From assembly GCA_021788645.1 (NCBI GenBank), contig JAJYKK010000006.1, forward strand, positions 6,022-70,021: DNA of 64,000 nucleotides, given 5' to 3'. Positions 27,987 through 36,534 of this stretch are shown here, in pieces. The DNA is from Pseudomonadota bacterium. GTDB taxonomy: Bacteria; Pseudomonadota; Gammaproteobacteria; Burkholderiales; JAKAFK01. How positions within the stretch are numbered: the first letter of the stretch is position 1; every line of letters begins with the position of its first letter. The notes under the pieces were generated by a model. It did no database searches and had not been told where the DNA came from. It was given only the letters and a program-made list of their open reading frames with translations. A program made the position numbers and the translations under genes.

Positions 27987-29277
27987 TCTGTGCGCCTCCT
28001 GATGAGCGCCTCACGATCCGGTAGAACGACGCCCCCGTGTCGAGGACCTCGATCCGCTTCGTGGCGAGCGAAACGGCGAATGCGCCGATCCGCCGATACG
28101 GGCCGATGCCCGAGTCGGCCCCGTAGAGCCCATAGAACCCGGGCGGCAGCGTTTGCACGTCGACAGCCCAGTAACGCCCTTCGCGGTGGATCGCATGACC
28201 GCCGTATGGCCTCGCCAGCGGCTCGCCGATGAAGACCCCCTGGCCTGGCATGGCCACGCTCTTCCAGTACGCCTCGATCAAGGTTTCGCCGCGCAAGTAG
28301 CGGCTGATGGCGACGGCCGGATCCGGAAATTTCCCCGGAAAATCGCACGGCTCGACCACGGTGCCATAGCTGCCGGTGGCTCCGGCCTTCAGCCAGGCCA
28401 GGGCACTCATCTGGCTGCTGCCCAGGAGCACCCCGCCGTAGGACGTCAGGTGGTCGGCAATCGCCCCGGGAAGATAGCGGTTGCTGTCGATCATGGGCAC
28501 GCGCGCCAGCCCGGTGAAGTAAAAAAGGACGTCCTTCCTGCGCTCGATGGCATTGGCCCGCACATGGACGAGATGCACGAGCGGACGCATGCTGCGAACC
28601 AGCGGGGAAAATTCGACGGCGCGCACATCGCGGGCACGATCGTTGGTGTCCACGAGGTAGCCGGTCCCCGCCGGGTGCGTTCCGTCCGAGGCCACGCCCC
28701 GGTCGATCAGGGCCTTGACGTCGGCGAAGGTCGTGCCCGCGAGCATCATGGTGGGGCGCCATCCGAAGTCCCGATAAGGATGGGCGCTGTCGGACCTGAA
28801 GTAGGGATCGAAACGCGTCGGCTTGCAGCCGGTGGCGCAAAAGCGCCGGTCATAGCCGGCGGCAAACGCCGTCGTGATCGACATGCAGCCCACCCGGTAG
28901 GGCAATGTCCAGGTGAGCGCGAAGGCCTGCACGTCCCGCGGCGTATGGGCATCGACCCACGCCTTGAGGGCGATGAATTGTGCCGGCGGCATCACCGCCT
29001 CCCCAGGCGGAAAGCGTACGTGGATCACGTTGCGGGGCGGGATCCGGCGAACCTTGGCGTAGTAGCGCCCGATGCGAACACTGAGCGGATCGGCGTCGTT
29101 GACGATGACCGCGAGCTCCTGCGGCGTCAAACAGGTCCTGGGAAAGAAGACTCGCGGCATGGCATCGGCATGGGCCACGGCCACGCCGGCCGACAGCATC
29201 CAGCCGACGAGGAGCAGCAGCGCGTGCCTCCATGCGGCCATCGCGCCTTGCCGGAAAAGGGGCGCCGTGCGGGCCAT
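27967..29277 (-). CDS. Secreted conserved hypothetical protein (TIGR03790-like, from memory)
   Basis: The ORF is trimmed to the ATG at 29277, 3 nt after the upstream stop, with an alternative ATG at 29241. The signal peptide is MAAWRHALLLLVGWMLSAGVAVAHA. AVIVNDADPLSVRIGRYYAKVRRIPPRNVIHVRF resembles the N-terminal pattern I associate with the TIGR03790 family. Confidence 0.55.
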   Translation of the reverse strand: MARTAPLFRQGAMAAWRHALLLLVGWMLSAGVAVAHADAMPRVFFPRTCLTPQELAVIVNDADPLSVRIGRYYAKVRRIPPRNVIHVRFPPGEAVMPPAQFIALKAWVDAHTPRDVQAFALTWTLPYRVGCMSITTAFAAGYDRRFCATGCKPTRFDPYFRSDSAHPYRDFGWRPTMMLAGTTFADVKALIDRGVASDGTHPAGTGYLVDTNDRARDVRAVEFSPLVRSMRPLVHLVHVRANAIERRKDVLFYFTGLARVPMIDSNRYLPGAIADHLTSYGGVLLGSSQMSALAWLKAGATGSYGTVVEPCDFPGKFPDPAVAISRYLRGETLIEAYWKSVAMPGQGVFIGEPLARPYGGHAIHREGRYWAVDVQTLPPGFYGLYGADSGIGPYRRIGAFAVSLATKRIEVLDTGASFYRIVRRSSGGAQNVAWRR

Positions 29278-29279
29278 CG

Positions 29280-30152
29280 CTATGGGCGGGCGCCCGCCAC
29301 GGCGTTCGGCTCGTCGATGCGGGCAGGCGCCTCGCGCAACGGGAAAAGTCCGCCCTTGAGCTTGTCTTGCGCCACCAGATGAATGAGACCGGCGTCGATG
29401 CCCGGCCGCTGCTCGGCGAATCCGTAAACCAGGGCCGTGTCGCACAGCAGATTGATGAGGCGCGGGACGCCTTGGCTATACCCGAACGTTGCGGCGATCG
29501 CCGCATCGTCAAACATGGCCGGATCGCCGCCCACCAGGCCCAGCCGATGGCGGATGTAGGTCGCCGTCTCCTCCGCGTCCAAGGCCTCGAGGTGGTAATC
29601 GACGGCAATGCGCTGGGCGAATTGCAGGAGATCCGGTCGGCGCAGCATCTCGCGCAACTGGACCTGCCCCACGAGAATCACCTGCAGCACGAGTCCCTTG
29701 TCCGCATTCACGTTGGAGAGCATGCGAAGCTCTTCGAGGGTCTCCGGCAGCATGTTTTGCGCCTCGTCGACGATGAGCAGCGCCCGATGCCCGCGCGCCG
29801 ACTGCGCCGCAAGGAAGTCGAGAAACGTGTGGAGCATTTCCGTGCTGTCGCGGCCGCGATAGTCCAGCCGGAAGGCAAACAGGATGCGGGGGAGCAACTC
29901 GGCATAGGTACGCGGCGTATGCGAGACGAGCCCGACCGCCGTCCCGTGCGCGACCTGCCCGAGCAGATGCCGGACCAGCGTGGTCTTTCCGGTCCCGATC
30001 CCGCCCGTGATCACATTGAAGCCCGCCTGGTTCATGAGCCCGTATTCAAGGAGATCCATGCCCAGCCGGTGCTTCCTGCTGAAGTACAGAAAACCGGGAT
30101 CCGGATGGATGGAAAAGGGCTTTTCGCGAAATCCGTAGAACGCCTCGTACAT
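29280..30152 (-). CDS. ExeA/GspA-like AAA ATPase, PEP-CTERM-locus subfamily
   Basis: 290 aa. MYEAFYGFREKPFSIHPDPGFLYFSRKH...ITGGIGTGKTTLVRHL...LLIVDEAQNM has Walker A and B motifs intact. Confidence 0.85.
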   Translation of the reverse strand: MYEAFYGFREKPFSIHPDPGFLYFSRKHRLGMDLLEYGLMNQAGFNVITGGIGTGKTTLVRHLLGQVAHGTAVGLVSHTPRTYAELLPRILFAFRLDYRGRDSTEMLHTFLDFLAAQSARGHRALLIVDEAQNMLPETLEELRMLSNVNADKGLVLQVILVGQVQLREMLRRPDLLQFAQRIAVDYHLEALDAEETATYIRHRLGLVGGDPAMFDDAAIAATFGYSQGVPRLINLLCDTALVYGFAEQRPGIDAGLIHLVAQDKLKGGLFPLREAPARIDEPNAVAGARP

Positions 30153-30155
30153 GGA

Positions 30156-31004
30156 TCACCCCCTTTGCAGCAGGCGGCTGAAGAGTCCCCGTTTCGTCTT
30201 GGCCGGCTCGCGCATGGACTCCTGGGACTTATTGAGCACAGTGCCGATGAGCCGAGAGCCCAGCAGATGCGCGGCCTGCGCCACCTTGTCGGCGGGCGTC
30301 TTCCCCTCTTCGACCACCAGCAGCGCGCAGTCGGCCAGGGGGGCGAAGGCCAGGGCATCGGCTGCGCTGAGCACCGGCGGCAGGTCAAAAATCACGATCC
30401 TGGAGGGATAGCGGTGCTTGAGCTCGTCCACCAGCGCCGCCATCCGGGGCGAACCCAGCATCTCCGACGAGGTCGCGAGGCGTTCCCCGGCGGGCAGCCA
30501 GACGAAGTGGTCTATGCCCGGATGGATCAAAAGATCCTCCAGGGCCGCATCCTGGGTCAGATAATGGCTCAACCCCGCAGCGCTGCGGAGGCCGAAATAA
30601 TCATGCGCGCGCGGGGTGCGCAGGTTGGCATCCACCAGAAGCACCGTGTGCGCGACCTCCATCGCCAGGCTGATCGCCAAATTGATGGCCACGAGGGTGG
30701 ACCCTTCGCCTTCGCTCGGGCTCGTGACCGCAAGCACGTTGGCCCCCAGATCGCGCATCCGCTTGAGCACCTGCGTGCGCAGGATCTTGTAGGCATCCGC
30801 ATAAGGCCCGGGGCCGTACCCCGTGATCACCCGCCGCTCCCTCAGGACGGCAGGCGGCACCACCACGTTGCGCGTCTGGGTATAGACGATGCTTCCCACC
30901 TCCTCTGCCCGGTGAGCGCGCAGGTGAGGAACCGCGCCGAGCGCTGAAGGATGGGCTTGGGGTTCGCTTCTCACTCGCCGAAGGGCTTCCGTAATGTGTT
31001 CCAT
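30156..31004 (-). CDS. BY-kinase-like (chain-length/tyrosine autokinase family) protein with degenerate P-loop
   Basis: 282 aa with the overall CpsD/Wzc-C fold pattern (LAVTSPSEGEGSTLVAINLAISLA, LLVDANLRTP, IVIFDLPPV). The Walker A reads GEGST, with no Lys. The last 30 aa contain no Tyr. Confidence 0.78.
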   Translation of the reverse strand: MEHITEALRRVRSEPQAHPSALGAVPHLRAHRAEEVGSIVYTQTRNVVVPPAVLRERRVITGYGPGPYADAYKILRTQVLKRMRDLGANVLAVTSPSEGEGSTLVAINLAISLAMEVAHTVLLVDANLRTPRAHDYFGLRSAAGLSHYLTQDAALEDLLIHPGIDHFVWLPAGERLATSSEMLGSPRMAALVDELKHRYPSRIVIFDLPPVLSAADALAFAPLADCALLVVEEGKTPADKVAQAAHLLGSRLIGTVLNKSQESMREPAKTKRGLFSRLLQRG

Positions 31005-31018
31005 AGACCGACTCCCGA

Positions 31019-32767
31019 TCAGGGCATGAAGGCGCCAACGTGGCGCAGGGCAGAGAACCAGAGAACGTCAAGCGGCATGACGAAGAATTGCACCACCAGG
31101 AAGAGCGTAATCACTCCCGCGACGCCGGAGACCATGATGGCACGGCGCGTGCGCCGGCCGCGCATGAGGTCTTCATCGTTGCGCGCATAGGGCACGACCG
31201 ACAACACCGGCGTGCGGGCGACCATGGCGAGGCCCTGGGGCCCCCGAACCGAGCGGTCGATGCTTTCCAGCACGCCGGCATACCCCAGGCCACCGCCGAT
31301 GGACAGCACCATCCCCAACAGACAGATCGCCAGCCGATTCGGGCTATGCGGCTTCTGCGGGTACTCCGGCGGATCGATGAGCGAGAACCGCTCGCCTTCC
31401 GAGTCCTGCTCCAGTGTCTGCGCGATCCGGGCCGAGAGTTCCTTGTCCTTGATCTTCTGGTATTCCGCCAGCGAGTTGTCGTGGTCGCGGCTCAAATCCT
31501 CATACTCGCGCTCCACTTGCGGAGTGTCTTCGATGCGCGTCTCGAGGGACGTCATGCGGGCCTGCAGCTGGGTCCGGAGCGCGTACGCGGCTTTGAGCTG
31601 GGTTTCGACGCCATCGCGCTGAGCGGCGAGCGACAGATAGGCGGGATTCTCCGGCGTGGCCTGGGGCATGGCCGGCGCATGTTGCGTGGACTGCTGCAAG
31701 GCTTGGACTGCCGCGATGGACTTCTTCAGGCGAATGATCTCGGGGTAATCGTCCGAATATTTCTGGCGCGCCTTGGCCAGATCGGTTTCGAGCCGCATCA
31801 GCTCCTTCGCCTCGTTCGCGGCGCTTTCGCCCACACCGACGTCCTTTTTGAGCGCCGCGATCTCCCGGCGCAGTTTCACGACGCCGGGATACTCCGGGGC
31901 GTAAACCGCCGCCTCCGTCGCATACTCGGTCTCCAGGGCCTTCAGCTGGTCGGCCGGTCCCAGCACCCGCTCGCCGCTCTTGGTCACGATCGGGAGATCC
32001 GGATTGATCTGGGCCAGCTGGCTGTCGAGATAGAATTTCTGCTGCTCGAGACCGTTGATGCGCTGCGCGACGTCCATGAGCTCGGTGTCGGTGCGGTCGC
32101 GCATCTCGTAATTGAGCTGCGTGAGTTCGGGCAGCGAGCCCATGTGCGCCGCCTTGAAGGCGGCGAGCTTCGCCTCGATCTTGGAGATATGGGCGCCCAG
32201 CCGCCGCGCCTGGGTGGCAAGGAAGGCCGTCGTGCGGCTCGCGTCGCGCTCGCGCGACTTGAGATTGTCGCTGAGAAAGAGCGACACGAGTTCGTTATCT
32301 ACCCTTTGCGCGTCCGAAGGCGTCTGGCCGTCGTAGGACAAGGTGAAGGCGATGGTCGCCTTGACGGGCTGCAGACTCTGCGGATCCACGACATTCGCGT
32401 TGATGAGATTTAGGTGAATGTCCTTGCGCATGCGGTCGAGGACCTCGCCCGAGGTTTCCGTGCGGCGCTGACGCGCGTAGAGGTTGTACTTTCGGATGAT
32501 GGCCATCAGGTTGGCACGCGTCATCACGCGCTGACTGATTTCCTGGATGCGCTGCGTCGCAAAGCTGGTCACCGTCGAGCGCACGAGATCAGGCGGGATC
32601 TGCTGCTCCTCGATCAGGATGGTCGCGCTTGAGCGGTAGGTGGGCGGCCACAGCAGGGCAATCCCAAGGGTCACTGCGAGAAGCATCCCGAACACCGCGA
32701 AGATCTGCGACTTTCGGCGCCGGAAAGCCGCCAGATAGGCGGCGAAGTCCTTCTGCTGTTCTGCCAT
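31019..32767 (-). CDS. Polysaccharide chain-length determinant protein (PCP, PEP-CTERM-locus type)
   Basis: The ORF is trimmed to the ATG at 32767 (MAEQQKDFAAYLAAFRRRKSQIF...). There is an N-terminal TM, a long coiled-coil periplasmic region and a C-terminal TM (AICLLGMVLSIGGGLGYAGV). Confidence 0.85.
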   Translation of the reverse strand: MAEQQKDFAAYLAAFRRRKSQIFAVFGMLLAVTLGIALLWPPTYRSSATILIEEQQIPPDLVRSTVTSFATQRIQEISQRVMTRANLMAIIRKYNLYARQRRTETSGEVLDRMRKDIHLNLINANVVDPQSLQPVKATIAFTLSYDGQTPSDAQRVDNELVSLFLSDNLKSRERDASRTTAFLATQARRLGAHISKIEAKLAAFKAAHMGSLPELTQLNYEMRDRTDTELMDVAQRINGLEQQKFYLDSQLAQINPDLPIVTKSGERVLGPADQLKALETEYATEAAVYAPEYPGVVKLRREIAALKKDVGVGESAANEAKELMRLETDLAKARQKYSDDYPEIIRLKKSIAAVQALQQSTQHAPAMPQATPENPAYLSLAAQRDGVETQLKAAYALRTQLQARMTSLETRIEDTPQVEREYEDLSRDHDNSLAEYQKIKDKELSARIAQTLEQDSEGERFSLIDPPEYPQKPHSPNRLAICLLGMVLSIGGGLGYAGVLESIDRSVRGPQGLAMVARTPVLSVVPYARNDEDLMRGRRTRRAIMVSGVAGVITLFLVVQFFVMPLDVLWFSALRHVGAFMP

Positions 32768-32861
32768 TGTTCTTGTATCCTCTTGAGCGCATGACACGTG
32801 AGACTGCTTGCAAAGACCATGACCCCGCGGGAGCGGCTACTCGCCAAGGCGTGCCGGCCGT

Positions 32862-34112
32862 TCAGCGGGAGACCGACAGCTGCGGCCACCGATAGATGAG
32901 CGTGGCGTAGACGCGGTTGTCGCTGCTCGCCTTGCTCGCCAAATCGTATTTGGAGCGGGCATAGCTATACCCGGTGCTCACGGTCCACTCGCGCGTGAGC
33001 TTCCAGCTCATGCTCGGATTGACCAGGCTGTACCGGTTGTTGTTGGCGTCCAGGGTTCCGTCGAGAAAGCGCGTCCGATAGGTCGCTACCGACACCCGTG
33101 CCGCCCATGTGGCGGAAAGATGATGCGCCCAGTCGAGCCCCAGGCGGTCGGTCTGGACCAGAGCGCCCAGCCCGCTGGGGGTAACGGCACGGCTGAGCGA
33201 CAGCGCGAGGGACGCGCTTTGCCAGTGGCGCTTGACATTGCCGTCGAAGGTGTAGCCGGTGGAGTCGGCGGACTGCGGCGAGCTCAGCGATGCGATCGGG
33301 ATACAAGTCGCCACGCCTTGCGCCACCACGATCGCGCACAGCTCGGTATTCGCCAGCAGCGTGGCGTGCGTGCGGCGTGCGCCCACGGCGACATCGCCTT
33401 CCAGGGTCGGCGAGAAATGGTAACGATAGCCCGCCTGCAGGCCATAGGTGCGGGCCTTGTACTGGGCAGGCCGGGTGCGGTATTGATCGTAGTATGCGCT
33501 CAAACTCGCCACGCCCCTCGGCGAGAGGTCGTACTGCAGCCCCAGGATCCCGTTCTGGTCGCTGTAATTGACGAGGTTTGTGCCGGCCGCATCGCTGTAG
33601 TCGGCCTTGGAAACGTCATAAGCCGCCGTAACCAGCCAGCGCGGCGTCAGGTGGAATGACCAGGTCGGATTGAGCTCGCTCAAGCTCCGCTGCGCGCGCA
33701 GCTCGACGAGCCCGGTGGTCGCGAGTTCGGACTCCAGGGTGGAATCCCGCGTGTAGTTGACGTTCACGCCAAATTGGCTCCGCTGGGTGTTCGTAGCCAT
33801 ATCCAAGGCAAACAGGCGATCGTTGCTGTTCAGGTTGTGCTCGGAGAATCGATTCGCGTTGAGTTGGGCGCTGCCCGTCACGCTCAGCGTCTGGGTCTGC
33901 CCGGTGAAGCTCGCGGCCGGCGAAATCACCGTCGACCAGATCGACGCGTGCGGCGCGGTGGTCATCAGCAGGTTACTGTCGTATTGCCCAGTCGCACTGA
34001 CTGACGGATTCATCGACCATTGCGCCGCGTGCGCAACCCGAACCCCTCCCCACCCCAACAGCGCGCTCAGCGCCCACCCTGCAAGTTTCCGCTTCACGCC
34101 CACCTCGAACAT
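32862..34112 (-). CDS. Outer-membrane beta-barrel protein, PEP-CTERM-system associated (TIGR03016-like)
   Basis: 416 aa. It has a signal peptide (LSALLGWGGVRVAHA), alternating beta-strand patterns throughout, and the C-terminus ...ATLIYRWPQLSVSR. Confidence 0.7.
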   Translation of the reverse strand: MFEVGVKRKLAGWALSALLGWGGVRVAHAAQWSMNPSVSATGQYDSNLLMTTAPHASIWSTVISPAASFTGQTQTLSVTGSAQLNANRFSEHNLNSNDRLFALDMATNTQRSQFGVNVNYTRDSTLESELATTGLVELRAQRSLSELNPTWSFHLTPRWLVTAAYDVSKADYSDAAGTNLVNYSDQNGILGLQYDLSPRGVASLSAYYDQYRTRPAQYKARTYGLQAGYRYHFSPTLEGDVAVGARRTHATLLANTELCAIVVAQGVATCIPIASLSSPQSADSTGYTFDGNVKRHWQSASLALSLSRAVTPSGLGALVQTDRLGLDWAHHLSATWAARVSVATYRTRFLDGTLDANNNRYSLVNPSMSWKLTREWTVSTGYSYARSKYDLASKASSDNRVYATLIYRWPQLSVSR

Positions 34113-34212
34113 CCGCCTCGTCTTGCCATCTTGGGTACCCCGGCACGAACGGCAAGCCGCCGTCGCCGGGCCGCTGTCAGCCTGCTAGTCGCATTCCCTG
34201 CCAGGCTGGCAT

Positions 34213-34830
34213 TCAGGGGACGACGACCACGTCCCCGGGTTCAAGCTGGATGTCCTGGGAAAGATCGTTCCCCTTCTCCAGGTCCGCATAGTGGAAGGAG
34301 AACACGCGGCTTTGGCGCCCATCCTGACGGATGACCTTGATGTCGTTATCGGCGGCATAGGGCGTGAGGCCTCCGGCCATGCTCAAGGCCTGGAGCACGG
34401 TCACATAGCCGCCGGTCACAAATTCGCCGGGCTTGTTCACCTGCCCGATCACATAGATGCTGTTGCCTTCGACCTTGTCCACCATGACGGTCACGACGGC
34501 GGCGGGAATGTATTTCTTGAGACGCCGCGTGATCTCCGTCTCAAGCTGGGCAACCGTCTTTCCCGCCGCCCGCATGTCGCCCGCCAAGGGGTAGGAAATG
34601 CCGCCGTCGGGACGCACCACCACCTCCTCGGGCAAATCCTTCTCGCCCCACACGGAAATGCCCAGCACATCGCCGGGGGCGAGCAAATAGCCCGCTGGCG
34701 CCATCACCTTTTGGGCAGCGCCGGGGGGCGCGACCGGAAACGCGGACGCGAAAGGGGAAACGAAAAGAGGCAAAAGCAGCGCAAGGCGCCATGGCATCCG
34801 CAGACGGTTTTTCATTCGCCACCCTAACAT
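34213..34830 (-). CDS. Polysaccharide export protein (Wza/EpsE-like, short form)
   Basis: 205 aa. It has a signal peptide and the motif YLLAPGDVLGISVWGEKDLPEEVVVRPDGGISYPLAGDMRAAGKTVAQLETEI (Poly_export plus SLBB). An alternative ATG is at 34815. Confidence 0.88.
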   Translation of the reverse strand: MLGWRMKNRLRMPWRLALLLPLFVSPFASAFPVAPPGAAQKVMAPAGYLLAPGDVLGISVWGEKDLPEEVVVRPDGGISYPLAGDMRAAGKTVAQLETEITRRLKKYIPAAVVTVMVDKVEGNSIYVIGQVNKPGEFVTGGYVTVLQALSMAGGLTPYAADNDIKVIRQDGRQSRVFSFHYADLEKGNDLSQDIQLEPGDVVVVP

Positions 34831-34960
34831 GTCGTAAAAATAATTATCTCGAGCGCAGTTCTATGCAAATCGGTATAGCCACTATAGTTCACGTTTTTCA
34901 ATCCGCAACCGCGAAACGCGCCGCCATCCGTCCATTAGACCATTCAAATAGGCTAATGGC
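34831..34960 (-). promoter_or_regulatory. AT-rich putative promoter/regulatory region of the EPS operon
   Basis: There is a sharp drop in GC immediately upstream of the first EPS gene (...tgtcgtaaaaataattatctcgagcgcagttctatgcaaatcggtatagccactatagttcacgtttttcaatcc...). I could not define a convincing consensus promoter by eye. Confidence 0.35.
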
Positions 34961-35221
34961 GCGGAAGGCATGACTGTCGGCCCGGCGCGACAAGACGAGC
35001 GGCCATTGGCGGCGGAACCAAGGCCACGTTGGCGATTGAGGTTCCGCGCGCCGGTTCGCGCTCGGCCGTCCATTAGGGTCGGGCGAGACGAGTCCGGCAC
35101 GCCACCTTGGCGGATGTAGGGTCTTTTTAGGGTTCGGCGATGCGCCGTCGGAACGGGGGGACCCGGATCACCTGCGCGGGCGGGAGGGGATAGGCGCTGC
35201 AGGCTCGAACGGAGGGGGTTG

Positions 35222-36037
35222 TCAAGGAAGCGCGGCCACCAGCCCCTGGGGCCACAGGACCCGGTAGCTCCCGTTCGGCTGCCGTCTGCCCATGCGGCTG
35301 GCGAAGAAATCGAGGGCCGCGGCACGAGGCCCTTGCGGCCGCGCCAGCCCCTCGAAGTGCACGCCAAGCGGCTTTGACCAGGTCCCGGCGCCCGACAGCG
35401 CCAGCGGCCCTTGCACCGTCGCGACGCGAAATCGCGCGCCGGCGCGGGCAAAAACGATGTGGACGGCATAGGTACCGAGCTTGGGCACAGGCCCGAGCGA
35501 TGTGGTTACGCCGCTCAAGATCAGGTCGGCGCGCCCCTTGGGCCCGCCTGAGCGGCTGAAGGTCAAGGCGTCGCTGTGCACCCGCACCCGCGCCTTGAGC
35601 CCCGCCGGGGCCAGCAGGGGCAGCAGGCGCATGAGCGGGCCGCCGTCAAAGGCGGCCGCCAAATGCGTGACGCGAACGCCCCCGAACGCCAAGGCCATGA
35701 TGGCGCGCGCGTTATCGTCTGCCCCCGCGATCTCGACCGGGATCGCAAGACGCCCCTTCCAGAGGTTGCGCCAACGCACCTGCCAGCGCATTCCGCCCAA
35801 GGGATATTCCTGCCGTTGGCCCAGCCGCACGACGGCTTCCCGGGCGGCCCCGTCCCATAGACTGCCTGCCGTTCCGCTCAGCAGCATATGGCCGGCACTC
35901 GCCTTCGCCACCAGCCACGCCCCCACGCTCGCCGGTGCGCTCGCCGCGAGAAAGCCGGCATAGCCCACGACCAGGAACAGGCCCCAAAGCGTCCGGCGCC
36001 CTCGCCGCGGCTGCGGGGATATGGGTCGCGCGCTCAT
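35222..36037 (-). CDS. gspN: Type II secretion system protein N
   Basis: 271 aa. It is the last gene of the gsp operon. It has an N-terminal TM (LWGLFLVVGYAGFLAA) and the LSGTAGSLWDG motif. Its ATG overlaps the gspM stop (ATGA). Confidence 0.8.
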   Translation of the reverse strand: MSARPISPQPRRGRRTLWGLFLVVGYAGFLAASAPASVGAWLVAKASAGHMLLSGTAGSLWDGAAREAVVRLGQRQEYPLGGMRWQVRWRNLWKGRLAIPVEIAGADDNARAIMALAFGGVRVTHLAAAFDGGPLMRLLPLLAPAGLKARVRVHSDALTFSRSGGPKGRADLILSGVTTSLGPVPKLGTYAVHIVFARAGARFRVATVQGPLALSGAGTWSKPLGVHFEGLARPQGPRAAALDFFASRMGRRQPNGSYRVLWPQGLVAALP

Positions 36038-36534
36038 GGCGCGTCACGCTGCGGGGCAGCCAACGACACATCCACCGAGACCCACCCGGGAGGCCCTGCT
36101 GGCCGCACCCGTGCTCCTTCGACCCTAACGCCGAGGTGGCGCTGGAGCCGCCCGATCCACTGAATCCAGCCGTCGAACTGCACCGAGGCGAAACGCACGG
36201 TCAAGGCGTCCGATCCGTCGGGGACGACGGCCTCCGGCCTCAGCCCAGCACCGCGCGCGGATTGCGAGACCGCCGATTGCAGCTTGGCCCCGGAGAGGGG
36301 CGCGACCGCGGCCGACGCCTTGAGCACGCGCACCGCCGTCTCATCGCGCCGCATCGCCTGCGCCTGGGCAACGAGCGCCGGCAGGGCCTGTGTCAGCCGC
36401 GCGCGCGTCTTCACCATGGGCACCCATAGGTAGAGGAAAAAGAAGATGGCCAGTACCAGCGTCCCCCCCGCCAGGAAGAGGGCACGCTCGCGGGGCAACC
36501 GCTCGCGCCAGAACTGCCGCATGGTCTCGTTCAT
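36034..36534 (-). CDS. gspM: Type II secretion system protein M
   Basis: 166 aa. MNETMRQFWRERLPRERALFLAGGTLVLAIFFFLYLWVP is a typical GspM N-terminus. Confidence 0.82.
   Translation of the reverse strand: MNETMRQFWRERLPRERALFLAGGTLVLAIFFFLYLWVPMVKTRARLTQALPALVAQAQAMRRDETAVRVLKASAAVAPLSGAKLQSAVSQSARGAGLRPEAVVPDGSDALTVRFASVQFDGWIQWIGRLQRHLGVRVEGARVRPAGPPGWVSVDVSLAAPQRDAP

Noticed and set aside
1957-34830. Glycan island as a mobile or horizontally transferred element
   Set aside because: I could find no integrase, transposase, flanking tRNA or direct repeats. By eye, GC content within the genes matches the rest of the window. Only the intergenic promoter regions are AT-rich.
34865-34880. Sigma-54-like TGGC...TTGC on the minus strand upstream of the EPS operon (TGGCTATACCGATTTGC)
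   Set aside because: There are 12 nt between GG and GC instead of the required 10, and sigma-54 spacing is strict.
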